Assembly: GCA_964016885.1 (NCBI GenBank)
Contig: OZ024762.1
Span: 28,644,001-28,708,000, forward strand
Reading direction: 5' to 3'
Source: Eledone cirrhosa
Taxonomy: Eukaryota
Length of the DNA: 64,000 nt
Made by a program: the position numbers and the translations under genes. Positions 11,980 to 24,142 of the stretch are shown here, piece by piece; within the stretch, counting starts at the first letter, position 1, and each line of letters starts with the position of its first letter. Under the pieces are notes generated by a model. It worked only from the letters and a program-made list of their open reading frames with translations, did not search any database and had not been told where the DNA came from.

Positions 11980-12879
11980 AATAAAGAATTCATATCTAGT
12001 AACATATATATACATACAAATGCATATCGATGCTAGCAAATATATAGGTTTTGTCTTAATAACATTGTGGTTCAATGCATGGGGTTGCAGAACAATAATA
12101 TAAGAGACGTAAAATAAGAAAATTATAAAATTAACTTACTTACTAAAATATCACTTCCAACTAATTAGTTTCTGGAATGGAGTAGATACATCTTCCGGTC
12201 ATCAGGAAAGTCAATTCTCATATAAGTTTCCAGGCAAAGCGGGGACACTGGAAGCTTATTAAAAAATAAATCAGTGAATAGGAAATAGCAAAGCGTGGAC
12301 TTAATTCCTAGCCATTGAGAAAATCACTGCCTCTGTGTCCGTGGCAAATTCAAAAAGAATCGAACACGTGACATCGAGGTCAATCGGTGGAAAGTGGGTT
12401 GTTAAAACCTATATATTTGCTAGCATCGATATGCATTTGTATGTATATATATGTTACTAGATATGAATTCTTTATTATTATCTCCAAATCTTTTGTCGAG
12501 CAATACTGGCCATGACTGCTGCTACAGTAGTAGGCTGGCCGTCGTTTTATTAACAACCCACTTTCCACCGATTGACCTCGATGTCACGTGTTCGATTCTT
12601 TTTGAATTTGCCACGGACACAGAGGCAGTGATTTTCTCAATGGCTAGGAATTAAGTCCACGCTTTGCTATTTCCTATTCACTGATTTATTTTTTAATAAG
12701 CTTCCAGTGTCCCCACTTTGCCTGGAAACTTATATGAGAATTGACTTTCCTGATGACGGGATGTTTCTCTACACCTTCTTCGGAAGATGTATCTACTCCA
12801 TTCCAGAAACTAATTAGTTGGAAGTGATATTTTAGTAAGTAAGTTAATTTTATAATTTTCTTATTTTACGTCTCTTATA
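11980..12879. mobile_element. Penelope-like relic with interleaved inverted repeats and a hammerhead-like pair
   Basis: 12098-12405 is inverted at 12549-12879 and 11980-12052 is inverted at 12404-12475; ACTTTC-CTGATGA...GAAA-CTAATTAG-TT-GGAAGT at 12153-12211(-) and 12744-12825(+). Confidence 0.65.
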
Positions 12880-12887
12880 TATATATA

Positions 12888-13586
12888 TCATCATCATCAT
12901 CATCATCATCAACGTTTAACGTCCGTGTTCCACGCTTGCATGGGTTTGGATGGGGGTAGTCCCACTTGAGGCAAGAGTGATTGTCTTGCTCGCATAGGAC
13001 TGTCTGGCAGGTTTTCTACAGTTGGATGCCCTTCCTAACACCAACCACATTTACAGTGTGGGTCTGGGAGGTTTTTACCGTGTTGCCTACACGGCCACAT
13101 TACAGCGTGGACTGTGTGTTTTTTTGTCGTGACACCTACACGATCTCATTTGTTTCGGCCTGGATGGCGCGGCACCAACATAACTTTACATAGAACGGGG
13201 TGGTGTGGATGGGGTGGGGGTGGTGGTGGTGGGACGGGGTGTATTTTGTTAGAGATGCCTACTGGCTGGAGTAGGTTTTACTATATATATTTAGGTAAGG
13301 CGGGTCTTCTCTGTTACTGAGTACCGCCAAAGGTCTCGGTCCAGTGACATTGTCTTGGAGAGGTGTAAGTGTGTGATGTCGGAGTTTATCAGCTCGTCCC
13401 AGGTTTTTCTAGGTCTGCCTATTCCGTGACTACCGTCTATCTTTATTGCCCTGCACTTTGTTATACAGCTATCGACTTTCATGCGCATCACGTGTCCATA
13501 CCAACGTAGCCTTCTCTCGAGTAAACAACATCTGATCCCTCTTATCTCTAATTTTTTCCTTAGTTCGTTTCTGCTTTGCCGTTCAC

Positions 13587-13590
<4 letters not shown>
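12888..13590 (-). mobile_element. RTE LINE 3' fragment
   Basis: RRLRWYGHVMRMKVDSCI...GRPRKTW; (GAT)n tail; nearly the same as 35300-35966. Confidence 0.9.
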
Positions 13591-13664
<74 letters not shown>

Positions 13665-14689
13665 CAGTTGTATTCGATAATATCGCTGCTGTTTCTACCA
13701 GTTAGAGAGACTACGCAGAGGTTCTCTTATTGCGAAAACACACGGCATGCATGCATATACATGCGCGTACACATAAACACGCACACACGGAGGTAAACCG
13801 GCGCGACACATATACCCGCACACATACGAGCGTATACACCAAATACACATATAAATATATGTTTGTGTGTGTGTATATACATATAATTATAAATATACAC
13901 GCATAAATGCATATAGAACGCACACTCACACATATCTTCAGGTAAATACACACATGTTCACCAAACGTACATATACCAAAACCCTATGTACACATATATA
14001 CACACCATACATACGTGTAAACACACATATATACACACATATACATACATACGTACACATATGTGTGTGTATATATATATATAGAGAGAGAGAGAGAGCA
14101 GTTGTAATGGATAATATCACTGCTATTTCTAGCAGTTAGTGAGACTACGCAGGGGTTTTCTTATTGATATATAATTGATATTTTATTGAGTGATACTTTC
14201 TGATTTACAATAGATTAAATACGATTGTAACTGTGTCTGAAGGTATTCAATTATATCAGTGACTTTTAACATATGACACCGGTACGAGAGTTGAATCATT
14301 CCCAACGACACCGAGTACCTGCTGTCTTCATATAACTTTAATTAATCTAATTATATCTTGTGTAACAATTATATATATATATATATACACACAAGTTTAT
14401 TTCCCCGACATCAGTCTTACACTGTCGTATCTATTCTTACAATTGTGTCTACTAAGAGCTCCATTACAATCTGTAGTAGTAAAACTACTATTTCACCAGA
14501 ACATCTGCTATCAGTCATTTATATACAATATATATATTTTAGACCACATATCAACCTAATATATTTATATTTCCTATCAAATCTGTAGATAAAGACATAA
14601 AGTCAGCCTCACTACTTCATTCTGACAAGATATCAATTTATGACTAAAGATGAAGAAGATACACCAACGTTAATGTCGTGAAATAAAGC

Positions 14690-14796
14690 TGATAACATCT
14701 TTGAAACTTCTAATTTGATAACAAAGAGATTATTTCTTTGGTTGTTTAGTAAAACCTAACAACACAACACATTGATTATATCTGAAGGAGGTAAGT
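14690..14796 (+). other. Candidate non-coding upstream exon with splice donor
   Basis: ...TCTGAAGGAG|GTAAGT; the block recurs at about 39410-39610 and 40365-40530; 5' boundary unknown. Confidence 0.45.
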
Positions 14797-15196
14797 TGAC
14801 AAAGATTTACATAATGTCTATATTAATGTATGTAAATAATATAATTATGTGAACCCTACAACGACCCAGTAATTATATACAAGTGAAAATATATAACAAC
14901 ATTATAAAAATATATTTCTTCCTCCATTTTTATATATAGAGAAAACACTTCCAAACTGAAATGTTGATGTGATATTTTTCAATCAGCAGATTCCACTGTT
15001 ACATGTGATATAAAATATATTGTTATCATGACTGTCTTTATTATTTAATTACCTCCGTCTATATTTCAACCACTGGAACAACCTCAAACAAGAAACAGTT
15101 GTCACACCCTCAGTCAACATTTTAATGTCAAAAATCGAAAATAAATATTATGAATGTATATAGATAGATGTATGTTGTGTGTGTATATATATATAC

Positions 15197-15735
15197 AGTA
15201 ATCCCCCGCTATATCGCGGTTCACTTTTCGCGGTCCCACAACATCGCGGATATTTCTTTGGAACGTATCTAATTTCCTATCGCGGTAATCCTCGCCACAT
15301 CGCGGATTTTTCGTTAGAACATATCTATTTTCTTATTGCGCTACGTCTGAATAAAAAGTGTTTAAATTTTAAACTTATTAAATAAGTTTCAATGTTATTA
15401 AAGTGTATATCATAAGGAAGGGACATCTTAAGGCTTTAACTATGATAAAATTTCATTCGATTACTGTTTTACTGATTGTGTTTTTCTCTAATCTACTACA
15501 AACCCTTCATAGATTGACGTGAGATGTGCAGTGTATTACCAAGTGGCTACCGTAGCTGGCAATCGTCCTCATTGGTAATTAGTGGTACGATGGTTGGTGC
15601 TAGTTTCTATACGATCGTTACTGGCTGTTTTTTGTGTTTTAATAAGTTTATATGTACTTAAAGCATGTATGAGAGGTAATTTAAGGCTTAAACTTTATGG
15701 TCTCTCTATATCACGGTTGGTTCTGGAACGTATCA
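15197..15735 (+). mobile_element. pogo/Tigger-like non-autonomous DNA transposon, one end visible
   Basis: TA|CAGTAATCCCCCGCTATATCGCGG start with repeated ATCGCGG subterminal motifs. Confidence 0.5.
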
Positions 15736-15921
15736 TGGCTTAGTGGTTAGAGCATTGGGATTACAATTAAAAGGTGGTGAGTTCGATTCTCGGAGCGGGT
15801 GATGTGTTGTGTCCTTGAGCAAGACACTCTATTTCACGATGTTCTGCTTTATTCAGCTGTAGAAATGAGCTGTAATGTCACTGGTGCCAAGCTGTATCGG
15901 CCATAACCTTTCCCTTGGACA
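15736..15921 (+). mobile_element. tRNA-derived SINE
   Basis: A box TGGCTTAGTGG, B box GTTCGATTC, then GTGTCCTTGAGCAAGACAC core and a tail shared with the 21.2-21.8 kb array. Confidence 0.75.
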
Positions 15922-16109
15922 TATATATAGTATATATATACTGTACACAGTGTATATATAATATATACATAGTGTATATATATATATACGTTGTGACGTC
16001 ACTGGTGCCAAGCTGTATCAGCCATTGCCTTTCTCTTGGACATCATATATAGTGTATAATATATACTGTATATAGTGTATATATACTGTACACAGTGTAT
16101 ATATATGTA

Positions 16110-17700
16110 TATCATCATCACTGTTTTACGTCCCTTCTTCCACGGTAGTATGAGTTAGACAGGTTGTCCTGTTTTGGGCAGTGCCAGGTAGGGTGACCTT
16201 GTCTTGCTCAGATGGGAACTGATTTTGGCTTGACACCTCCACGGCCACATTACAGTGGGTGGTGGTGGGAGCATATTGACTATATGCTTCAGCTACAGCT
16301 TGTACAAGGGGGTCATCACAACCTCCTCTCCTGCACACAGCATTTGGTTCCTCTTATGCTCAGTCTCTCTCTCAATTTGTTAATGCTTTGCTCTTCGCGT
16401 ATATTACTATTACACATCCATCGGAGCATGCAAGCTTTGTTTCTTTCTAATCTATGCAAGTCTCACTACTATGTAACATTGCTGTTCGAATGCACGCATC
16501 ATACTGTCTGCCTTTCATTTTGAGGGAAAAGCCTTTTGCAGCTAGCAGTGGCAGTAGCTCCCTAAACTTCTTCAATCCCGTTGTTACTCTGGTTACTGTA
16601 CTTTCAAAACACCCATCTCCGTTGCTTATTCGGTCACCTAGGTAGCAAAAGCTGTTTCTACAGAGCTCTCCCAGAGTTTGGTGGTGCTTGTTTCTTTAGT
16701 TCTGCCATAGATTCAGCTATAAGTGTAAGATCATCCACATATAGGAGTTCCTATGGGCATCCGGCATATAGGAGTTCCTATGGGCATCCGGCATATAGGA
16801 GTTCCTATGGGCATCCACATATAGGAGTTCCTATGGGCAGCCTGCAATACTATAATAAACAGGAGAGGGCTAAGAACAGAGCCCTGGTGGACACCGACCT
16901 GTACTCTAAATTCCTCACTATAGTCATTGTTAACTCTAACTTTGCTGACTGCTCGCCTATACATGGCTTGTACAGTTTTCACAAGCCGTTCATCTACTCC
17001 TAATTTTCTAAGAACCGACCAGCTTATAACACGGGGCACTCTGTCAAAGGCTTTTTCCATATCGACAAAAACTAGGTAGAGCAGCTTAATTTTAGCTAGG
17101 TACTTTTCCTGTATCTGCATCACAAGGAAGGGGCTGGTCAGTGGTGCTTTTTCCTGGCACAAGCCCAAACTGCATCTCACCTAGTTTTACCCAGTCCCTG
17201 ATCAAATGTGCTATGACTCTTTCCATTACTTTCATGACCTGGTCCATCAGCTTTATACCTCTATAGTTTCTTCTATCTAGTGCATCTACTTTACCCTTGT
17301 AGCAGTTGACGATGATGCTGCTGCACCAATCCTTTGGTATGACACCCTCTAGTATTACCTGGTTAACAATACGTGTGGTTATTACCTTATCTACCCATTT
17401 GTCAGCTAATAGTATACCTACACCACCCATGCCATTGTCATTTCCCACCCAGAAAAATTTATAGCACTGACTTTTGCCTACAAGGACTCTAGCGAACTCT
17501 CCTCTCCACCTAGTCTCTTGCACACAGCATACGTCAATATCCTTTCACTCTAGCATGTCCATAATTTCTCCTTACCTTCCTTTCATTGTGCTTATGTTGA
17601 TGCTGCCAACTCAGAGTTTTGGACATTTGCCATCATTTGTGGGAGAGGGAGAATTTTTGCAGGGGAGTGTGTATGCTTCCTGTCTCTGAATTAAAGGTTT
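16110..17700 (-). mobile_element. Internally deleted, degenerate RTE LINE
   Basis: APE motif QETRWRG fused directly to RT (TTRIVNQ..NYRGIKL, FVDMEKAFDRVPR, GVHQGSVLSPLLF); (GAT)n tail at about 16110. Confidence 0.9.
16735..16840. repeat. 27-bp tandem repeat (~4 copies) inside the RT active-site region
   Basis: CATATAGGAGTTCCTATGGGCATCCGG repeats, derived from GCPWELLYA codons. Confidence 0.85.
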
Positions 17701-17802
17701 GCATGGGTGCTTGGTAACTCGCGGATTCATATTCATTTATTTATTCGGGGTTGTTCCATTTATCCTTTGCTCCTCCATAGATAACGGTAAACAAGAATTC
17801 TT

Positions 17803-18100
17803 TGAAGGACAGTAGTAGAAATGGCAGAGTTTGTTGGGGCTGGTAAGGTCTAGAAGGACAGTAGTAGTAATGGCAGTGTTTATTGGGGCTGGTAAGGGCT
17901 AGAAGGACAGTAGTATTATTAGCAGAGTTTGTTGAGGCTGGTAAAGGCTAGAAGGACAGTAGTAGCAATGTCAGAGTTTGTTGGGGCTGGTAAGGTCTAG
18001 AAGGACAGTAGTAGTAATGGCAGAGTTTGTTGGGGATGGTAAGGGCTAGAAGGACAGTAGTAGTAATGACAGAGTTTGTTGGGGCTGGTAATGGGTAAGG
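17803..18100. repeat. ~49-bp minisatellite, ~6 copies
   Basis: GAAGGACAGTAGTAGTAATGGCAGAGTTTGTTGGGGCTGGTAAGGGCTA. Confidence 0.9.
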
Positions 18101-18507
18101 ACATGTTGTGGTTTGATTGGTCGAATAGCCTATGGTGGTGAGTGGGAAATTGTGAGATAGATAGCCATCATGACATATATCATCACAGGAGATTCGGGGG
18201 AAATAAGCAGATAAAAGTAGGCATATTAGACAAGGCAAATATGCAAGAATTTTGAAGATGGTCACCTAGCTTCGTAAACATGGAAATGAATAAGTGAGAG
18301 AAAGGAGGGGTAATGGTGGGGGTTAGGGATGAGTTTGTAGAGAAAGAGACAATGTCCAACATGGTTTATATCAAAAACCAGGTCGGAGTATATACGTTGT
18401 GGAAACAAGTGAATGATAATAATAATGTAAACAGAACATTTTGAAATTGGGAAAGAGAAATAGCTGTAGAAAAGAAATAATCTATGGATGTCTGGGATAT
18501 ACCTTAT

Positions 18508-21165
18508 ATCATCATCACCGTTTTACGTCCGTTCTTCCACGCTAGCATGGGTTAGACGGGTTGTCCTGTTGTGGGCAGTGTCTGGTCGGCTGACCATGCC
18601 TTGCTCATACAGGAACTGATCTGGCTTGATTTCTACAGCTGGATGCCCTTCCTAACACCAACCTCATTTACAGTGAGTGCTGGGTGCTTTTTCGTGGCGC
18701 CTACACGTCCACTTTACAGTGTGGGCTGGGTGCTTTTTTGCCGTGGCACCTCCACGACCACCTTGCGGTCGGGGCATATTGTTTATATGCTTCAGCATGT
18801 ACCCATGGGAGGTCGGGTACCCTGTATTACTGCGTGACGCCAGAAGTCACGGTCGTGTGTCATTGACTTTGAGAGGTGTAGTTGGGTAAGGTCAGCTTTT
18901 ATCACCTCATCCCAAGTCATCTTGGGTCTCCCCTCTCCGCGGTTTCCATCAACTTCTAGTGCTCTGCACCTTTTTATGCAGCTGTCATCCTTCATACGCA
19001 TCACATGTCCATACCAGCGTAACCGCCTCTCCTGCACGCAGCATTTGATTCCTCTTATGCTCAGTCTCTCTCTCAATTCCTTTATGCTTTGTCGTTCACG
19101 TATATTACTGTTACACATCCATCGGAGCATGCAGGCTTCGTTTCTCTCTAATCTACGTAAGTCTTCCACCTTCAGCGCCCAGGTCTCACTACCATGCAAC
19201 ATCGCTGTTCGGATACACGCATCATACAGTCTGCCTTTCATTCTGAGGGAGAAGCCTTTTGCAGCTAGCAGTGGTAGTAGTTCCCTAAACTTCTTCCATC
19301 CCGTTCTTACCCTAGTTATTGTACTTTCTGAGCACCCACCTCCGTTGCTAATTCGGTCACCTAGGTAGCAGAAGCTGTCTACTGTTTCTACAGGGCCCTC
19401 CCAGAGATTGGTGGTACTTGTTTCCTGTGGCTGTTTGCTTGCTGTTTCAGCACAGCTGTTGCATGTGAATCCTACATTCTTAATTAAGCTTCCTGAGATC
19501 CCGCTACATCTCTTGTGTACCCATTGTTTGCATTTGGGGCAGAGAATGGAGTTCCTACCTACACCTTTCCTACATACTGAGCAAGGCCATTTCCCTGAGG
19601 GGATCTGGGTTCTGTTTTCTCGTCTACTTATAAGGACCTTAGTCTTTGTCATGTTGACTTTGAGGCCCTTTCTCTCTAGTCCCTGCTTCCAGGTTTGGAA
19701 TTTATTCTCTAGTTCTACCATAGATTCAGCTATGAGTGCGAGGTCATCAGCATACAGGAGTTCCCATGGGCATCCGGTCTTAAACTCCTCCGTTATTGCC
19801 TGCAGGACTATGATGAACAGGAGAGGGCTAAGAACAGAGCCCTGGTGGACCCCAACCTGTACGCTAAATTCTTCGCTATACTCATTGCCAATCCTAACTT
19901 TGCTGACTGCTCCCCTATACATGGCTTGTACCGCTTTCACAAGCCATTCATCTACTCCTAGTTTTCTAAGAGCCCACCAGATTACTGCACGTGGAACTCT
20001 GTCAAAGGCTTTCTCAAGGTCGACAAATGCCAAGTAGAGTGGCTTACTTTTAGCTAGGTACTTTTCCTGTAATTGCCTCACAAGGAAGAGGGCATCAGTG
20101 GTGCCTTTCCCTGGTACAAACCCAAATTGCATCTCGTCTATATTCACCCGGTCCCTAATCAGCTGTGCTATAACTCTTTCTGTTACTTTCATGACCTGGT
20201 CCATCAACTTTATACCTCTATAGTTTCCTCTATCTAGTGCATCGCCTTTACCTTTGTAGCAGTTGACAATGATGCTACTGCACCAATCTTTTGGTATGGC
20301 CCCCTCTAGTATTACCTGGTTAACGATACGTGTGGTTATAGTGTGACCTACAGACCCAGATGCCTTCAGCATCTCGGCAGCTATAGCCGATGGACCGGTT
20401 GCCTTCCCTATCTTCATATCTCTGATTGCCTTACTTACTACGCTGCCGCTGACTTGTACTGCTGGTCCCTCTGTAGAGTCTACGTGGGGTAGGGTCTCTT
20501 CTTCCCATGCATTCTCCTCATTTAGTAATCTATCATAATGACTCTTCCATGCATCTTTCTTCTCAGCACTTGTGAGGGCAAGCTCACCTTTATCATTCCG
20601 GATACACTTCTCTCCAATGACATCACAATTATCTCTGACACACTGCCTCGCAATCTTGAATACCTCCTGTTTCTGGTCCTCACGTTGTAAAACATGCTTG
20701 AATTTTCTATCCTCTGCTTCCCTCCTAGCTAAGTATACTTGTCGCCTAGCTTCCCTCTTGGTCTCTATGTAATGTACCCTGCTCCCCCCGTTCTTCCATT
20801 CTTTCCATGCCTGTCTCTTGGCCTTGACTGCTTCATCTACCTTATTGTTCCACCACCAAGTCACTCTCCTCCTGCTTGAGGTCTTACTCCAGCCACAAAC
20901 CTCATCCGTCGCCTCTAGTAAGTTATTTTTTAGGAACTCCCAGTTCTCTTCTACGTTAAATGTCTCTATCTGTTCTTCTTTACTGTCGTAGGCGTTGAGT
21001 AAAATATCTTTAAATCTGTTACTGGTTGAGGGGACTTTCAGCTTCCAGATCTTTCTTCTCCAGGTTGGCCTCTGTTTCAGGGCTCGTCTAGTTCTGACCG
21101 TGAGGTCACTGACAACTAAGCTATGTTGGGATGTACATTCCTCACTAGGGAAGGCTTTTGTGTTT
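18508..21165 (-). mobile_element. 5'-truncated RTE-clade LINE
   Basis: End of APE domain (EECTSQH), complete RT, 3' UTR and (GAT)n tail. Confidence 0.93.
18792..20864 (-). CDS. RTE LINE ORF2 remnant: uninterrupted reverse transcriptase with a PHD-like Cys/His insert
   Basis: NYRGIKL, QFGF, FVDLEKAFDRV, QGSVLSPLLF, YADD, FCYLG, RRLRWYGH. Confidence 0.9.
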   Translation of the reverse strand: MTWWWNNKVDEAVKAKRQAWKEWKNGGSRVHYIETKREARRQVYLARREAEDRKFKHVLQREDQKQEVFKIARQCVRDNCDVIGEKCIRNDKGELALTSAEKKDAWKSHYDRLLNEENAWEEETLPHVDSTEGPAVQVSGSVVSKAIRDMKIGKATGPSAIAAEMLKASGSVGHTITTRIVNQVILEGAIPKDWCSSIIVNCYKGKGDALDRGNYRGIKLMDQVMKVTERVIAQLIRDRVNIDEMQFGFVPGKGTTDALFLVRQLQEKYLAKSKPLYLAFVDLEKAFDRVPRAVIWWALRKLGVDEWLVKAVQAMYRGAVSKVRIGNEYSEEFSVQVGVHQGSVLSPLLFIIVLQAITEEFKTGCPWELLYADDLALIAESMVELENKFQTWKQGLERKGLKVNMTKTKVLISRRENRTQIPSGKWPCSVCRKGVGRNSILCPKCKQWVHKRCSGISGSLIKNVGFTCNSCAETASKQPQETSTTNLWEGPVETVDSFCYLGDRISNGGGCSESTITRVRTGWKKFRELLPLLAAKGFSLRMKGRLYDACIRTAMLHGSETWALKVEDLRRLERNEACMLRWMCNSNIRERQSIKELRERLSIRGIKCCVQERRLRWYGHVMRMKDDSCIKRCRALEVDGNRGEGRPKMTWDEVIKADLTQLHLSKSMTHDRDFWRHAVIQGTRPPMGTC

Positions 21166-21177
21166 ACTTATATATAT

Positions 21178-21368
21178 ATATGTTATGATGTCACTGGTGC
21201 CAAGCTGTGAACGCCATTGTCTTTCCCTTGAACAACATATATAGTGTATAATATATATTGTACACAGTGTATATATATATATAGTGTATATATATATATA
21301 TATGTTGTGATGTCACTGGTGCCAAGCTGTATCAGCCATTGCCTTTCCCTTGGACAACATATATATCG

Positions 21369-21423
<55 letters not shown>

Positions 21424-21488
21424 GTTGTGATGTTACTAGTACCAAGCTGTGTCAGCCATTGCCTTTCCCTTGGACAACATATATATCG

Positions 21489-21543
<55 letters not shown>

Positions 21544-21760
21544 GTTGTGATGTCACTAGTACCAAGCTGTGTCAGCCATTGCCTTTCCCTTGGACATCAT
21601 ATATAGTGTATATATATATTGTACACAGTGTATCTATAATATATATATTGTGTATATATACTGCACACAGTGTATATACAATATATATATAGTGTATATA
21701 TATGTAGTGATGTCACTGGTACCAAGCTGTATCAGCCATTACATTTTCCTTGGACAACAT
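21178..21760 (+). repeat. Tandem array (5 copies) of a SINE 3' segment spaced by (TA)n
   Basis: GATGTCACTGGTGCCAAGCTGTATCAGCCATTGCCTTTCCCTTGGACAACAT units; also at 15875-16045. Confidence 0.85.
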
Positions 21761-22230
21761 CGGTCGCGTGGAGAGGGTCGACCGGAATACATGGGCAACT
21801 GCTGGTCTTTCTCAAACAACCAGATTTGTGCCTTGGAGGGGAACTGTCTAGTTGCAAATCACATGGTCATTCTTGATCGAGGGGGGTCTTTGATATTTTA
21901 GATGTATACATAGTAATGTGTGTATATATCCTGTGTCGTCTTTGTGAAGTGAAATTGTGTGGGGTCACCTCAAACTAGGTCTTCCTACTCCATAGCTTCC
22001 ATCAATTGTGTGAGGTCAGCTTTTATCACCCCAAACTAGGTCTTCCTACTTCACAGCATCCATCAATTGTGTTAGGTCAGCTTTTATCACCTCATCCCAG
22101 GTCTTCCTACTCCATAGCTTCCATCAATTTTATAAAATGTCTGAAAACAACTTAGAAAAAATTTTAATCAAAATCAAAATTTAATCCCAAAGAGAGGAAA
22201 TTGGAACATTATCCAATGAAAGTTGCTTAA

Positions 22231-22439
22231 CCCTTTAACATTTACACTGGCCATAACTGACCAGAATTCTGTCCCCTTTTTCTCTTTTAAACTGGCTGTA
22301 ACTGGCCACTCTTACTGATGTTAAGGTATTGTTCTCAATATAAATAATATTAAAACCTCATAGATTCGATATTATGTGAGGTAATGACTTTACCATGGAA
22401 ATATAATAGTATATATAGAATAATGTAAATGTTAAAGGG
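22231..22439. mobile_element. piggyBac-type MITE (duplicated copy)
   Basis: Same TIRs and TTAA flanks as 60-264. Confidence 0.8.
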
Positions 22440-24142
22440 TTAAACCCTGAAGAAAGGACTTTTAGGTCCCGAAATATTGGACAAATAAAAGAACAACCAC
22501 AAAAAAAACAAAACAAAGATTACCAGGTAACTTTTACTTTTCCTTACCTCATCTTACAGTCCATTTTGCATTGTATCTCTTTTAACGTTATATATTATAT
22601 AGAATGTTTCAAGCAAACTACATTTTATTATATATCATCATCACCATCATCATTAAAAACACGTCCACTTTACAGTGTGGGCCGGGTGCTTTTTGCTGTG
22701 TCTTTTACACATCCACTTTGCAGTATGGGCTGGGTGCTTGTTGGCTATGACACCTACCTCACTTTACAGTGTGGCGTGGGTACTTTTTGCCATGTCTTTT
22801 ACGTGTCCTCTTTACAGTGTGGGCCGGGTGCATTTCTTTTACACGTCCTGTGTGGGTGGGATATATATATATATGTAGGTATTATCACCATTTAGCATAG
22901 ATTTTTCCATTCTTGCATGGGTTAGACGGGTCATCCACGCCAGGAGGCAAGTTTTAGCCAGGGTTGGCCATCCGTCGCACCTTGCTCAGGTGAGGTCTGT
23001 AAATTTGGTCGGGTATTTTACAGCTGGATTCCCTTCCTAACATGAACCATGTTTACAGTGTGGAACTGGATGGCTCTGTTATGAGAAGGGACAGGGCAGT
23101 TGGCTGCACTGAGCCCATCTCACAGGGGAACTATAATTTTTGGGGACCTGGTACTGGGTGCCACCACTGAAGAGGGGTAGCCAGTCAGCTGCTCCAAACC
23201 CATCTCACGAGGTTACCACAGTTTAGGGGCCTTGTACTAGATGATCCCGCTATAGTGATGGTGCAGTTGTAGTTTGACATAGCCTTGGTTTATATAAATA
23301 AATAAATATGACACAGGTATATTTCTACAGTTTACCAATGTACCGTACTTACTGGCGCCAATAACGACCAATTTTAAAAAGAAAATAACAACCTTCGGCC
23401 TCCGGGACGTATGGTAGATTTTTGAGACTTATTTTAGGGAAAAAGTAAGGTCTTCGATGCTGGGAAATGTGGTAACATTGTAAAATTTCCACTGTTAAAT
23501 CTATCTCTGTATTTTAAGTATTCTCTATTATGTCATACTGTTACTTTCTTACAAGTCCTATAAGATTGTATTTTTTGCTAAACTACCATAGAGCAGACCT
23601 CTGAAGAGATAGAAGGATATAATTTATAGAGCATGTTGGAATACCACTACTTACATTGGAGAGAATAACTCTGGACAGAAAAATTAATATCTACAGTTTA
23701 TCAATATAGAAATATAAAATTTCCACTGTTAAATCTATCTCTGCTTCTAAAGTATTCTCTATTATCTCATACTGTTTCTTTCTTATTTCAGAATATCAGA
23801 TGAAATTTGGATAAATTATTATTTTCAATCTTGGATACATCACCTCTATTTATCATCATTTGAAGACTAAAACTTTCTTAACAGAACTTATATAACACTG
23901 TTTATATAAATCTCTCGTCGTATTGCTGTGAAATCTTTCCTCAAAACTGAGTTTATTTTCATCACTATGAGATGGTTTTGAATTTTAACTAAACTTGGGT
24001 GAAAAAGAAGTTTGTATTATCTTCAGATATTAACTGAAATATAGTTGAGGGAAATATAGAAGAATAAATATTTTATAAGAAATATAATATAAAAAATATT
24101 ACAAGGAAAACATTTATATATTCTGTTGAAGAAGAAATCATT

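Noticed and set aside
15736-15800. tRNA gene (also 61941-62018 and its mirror 50345-50422)
   Set aside because: A and B boxes are present but no convincing cloverleaf; better explained as SINE heads
18922-20772. Plus-strand ORFs opposite the RTE, and similar ORFs opposite both Gypsy pol genes
   Set aside because: Antisense shadows of TE coding sequence with no independent motifs
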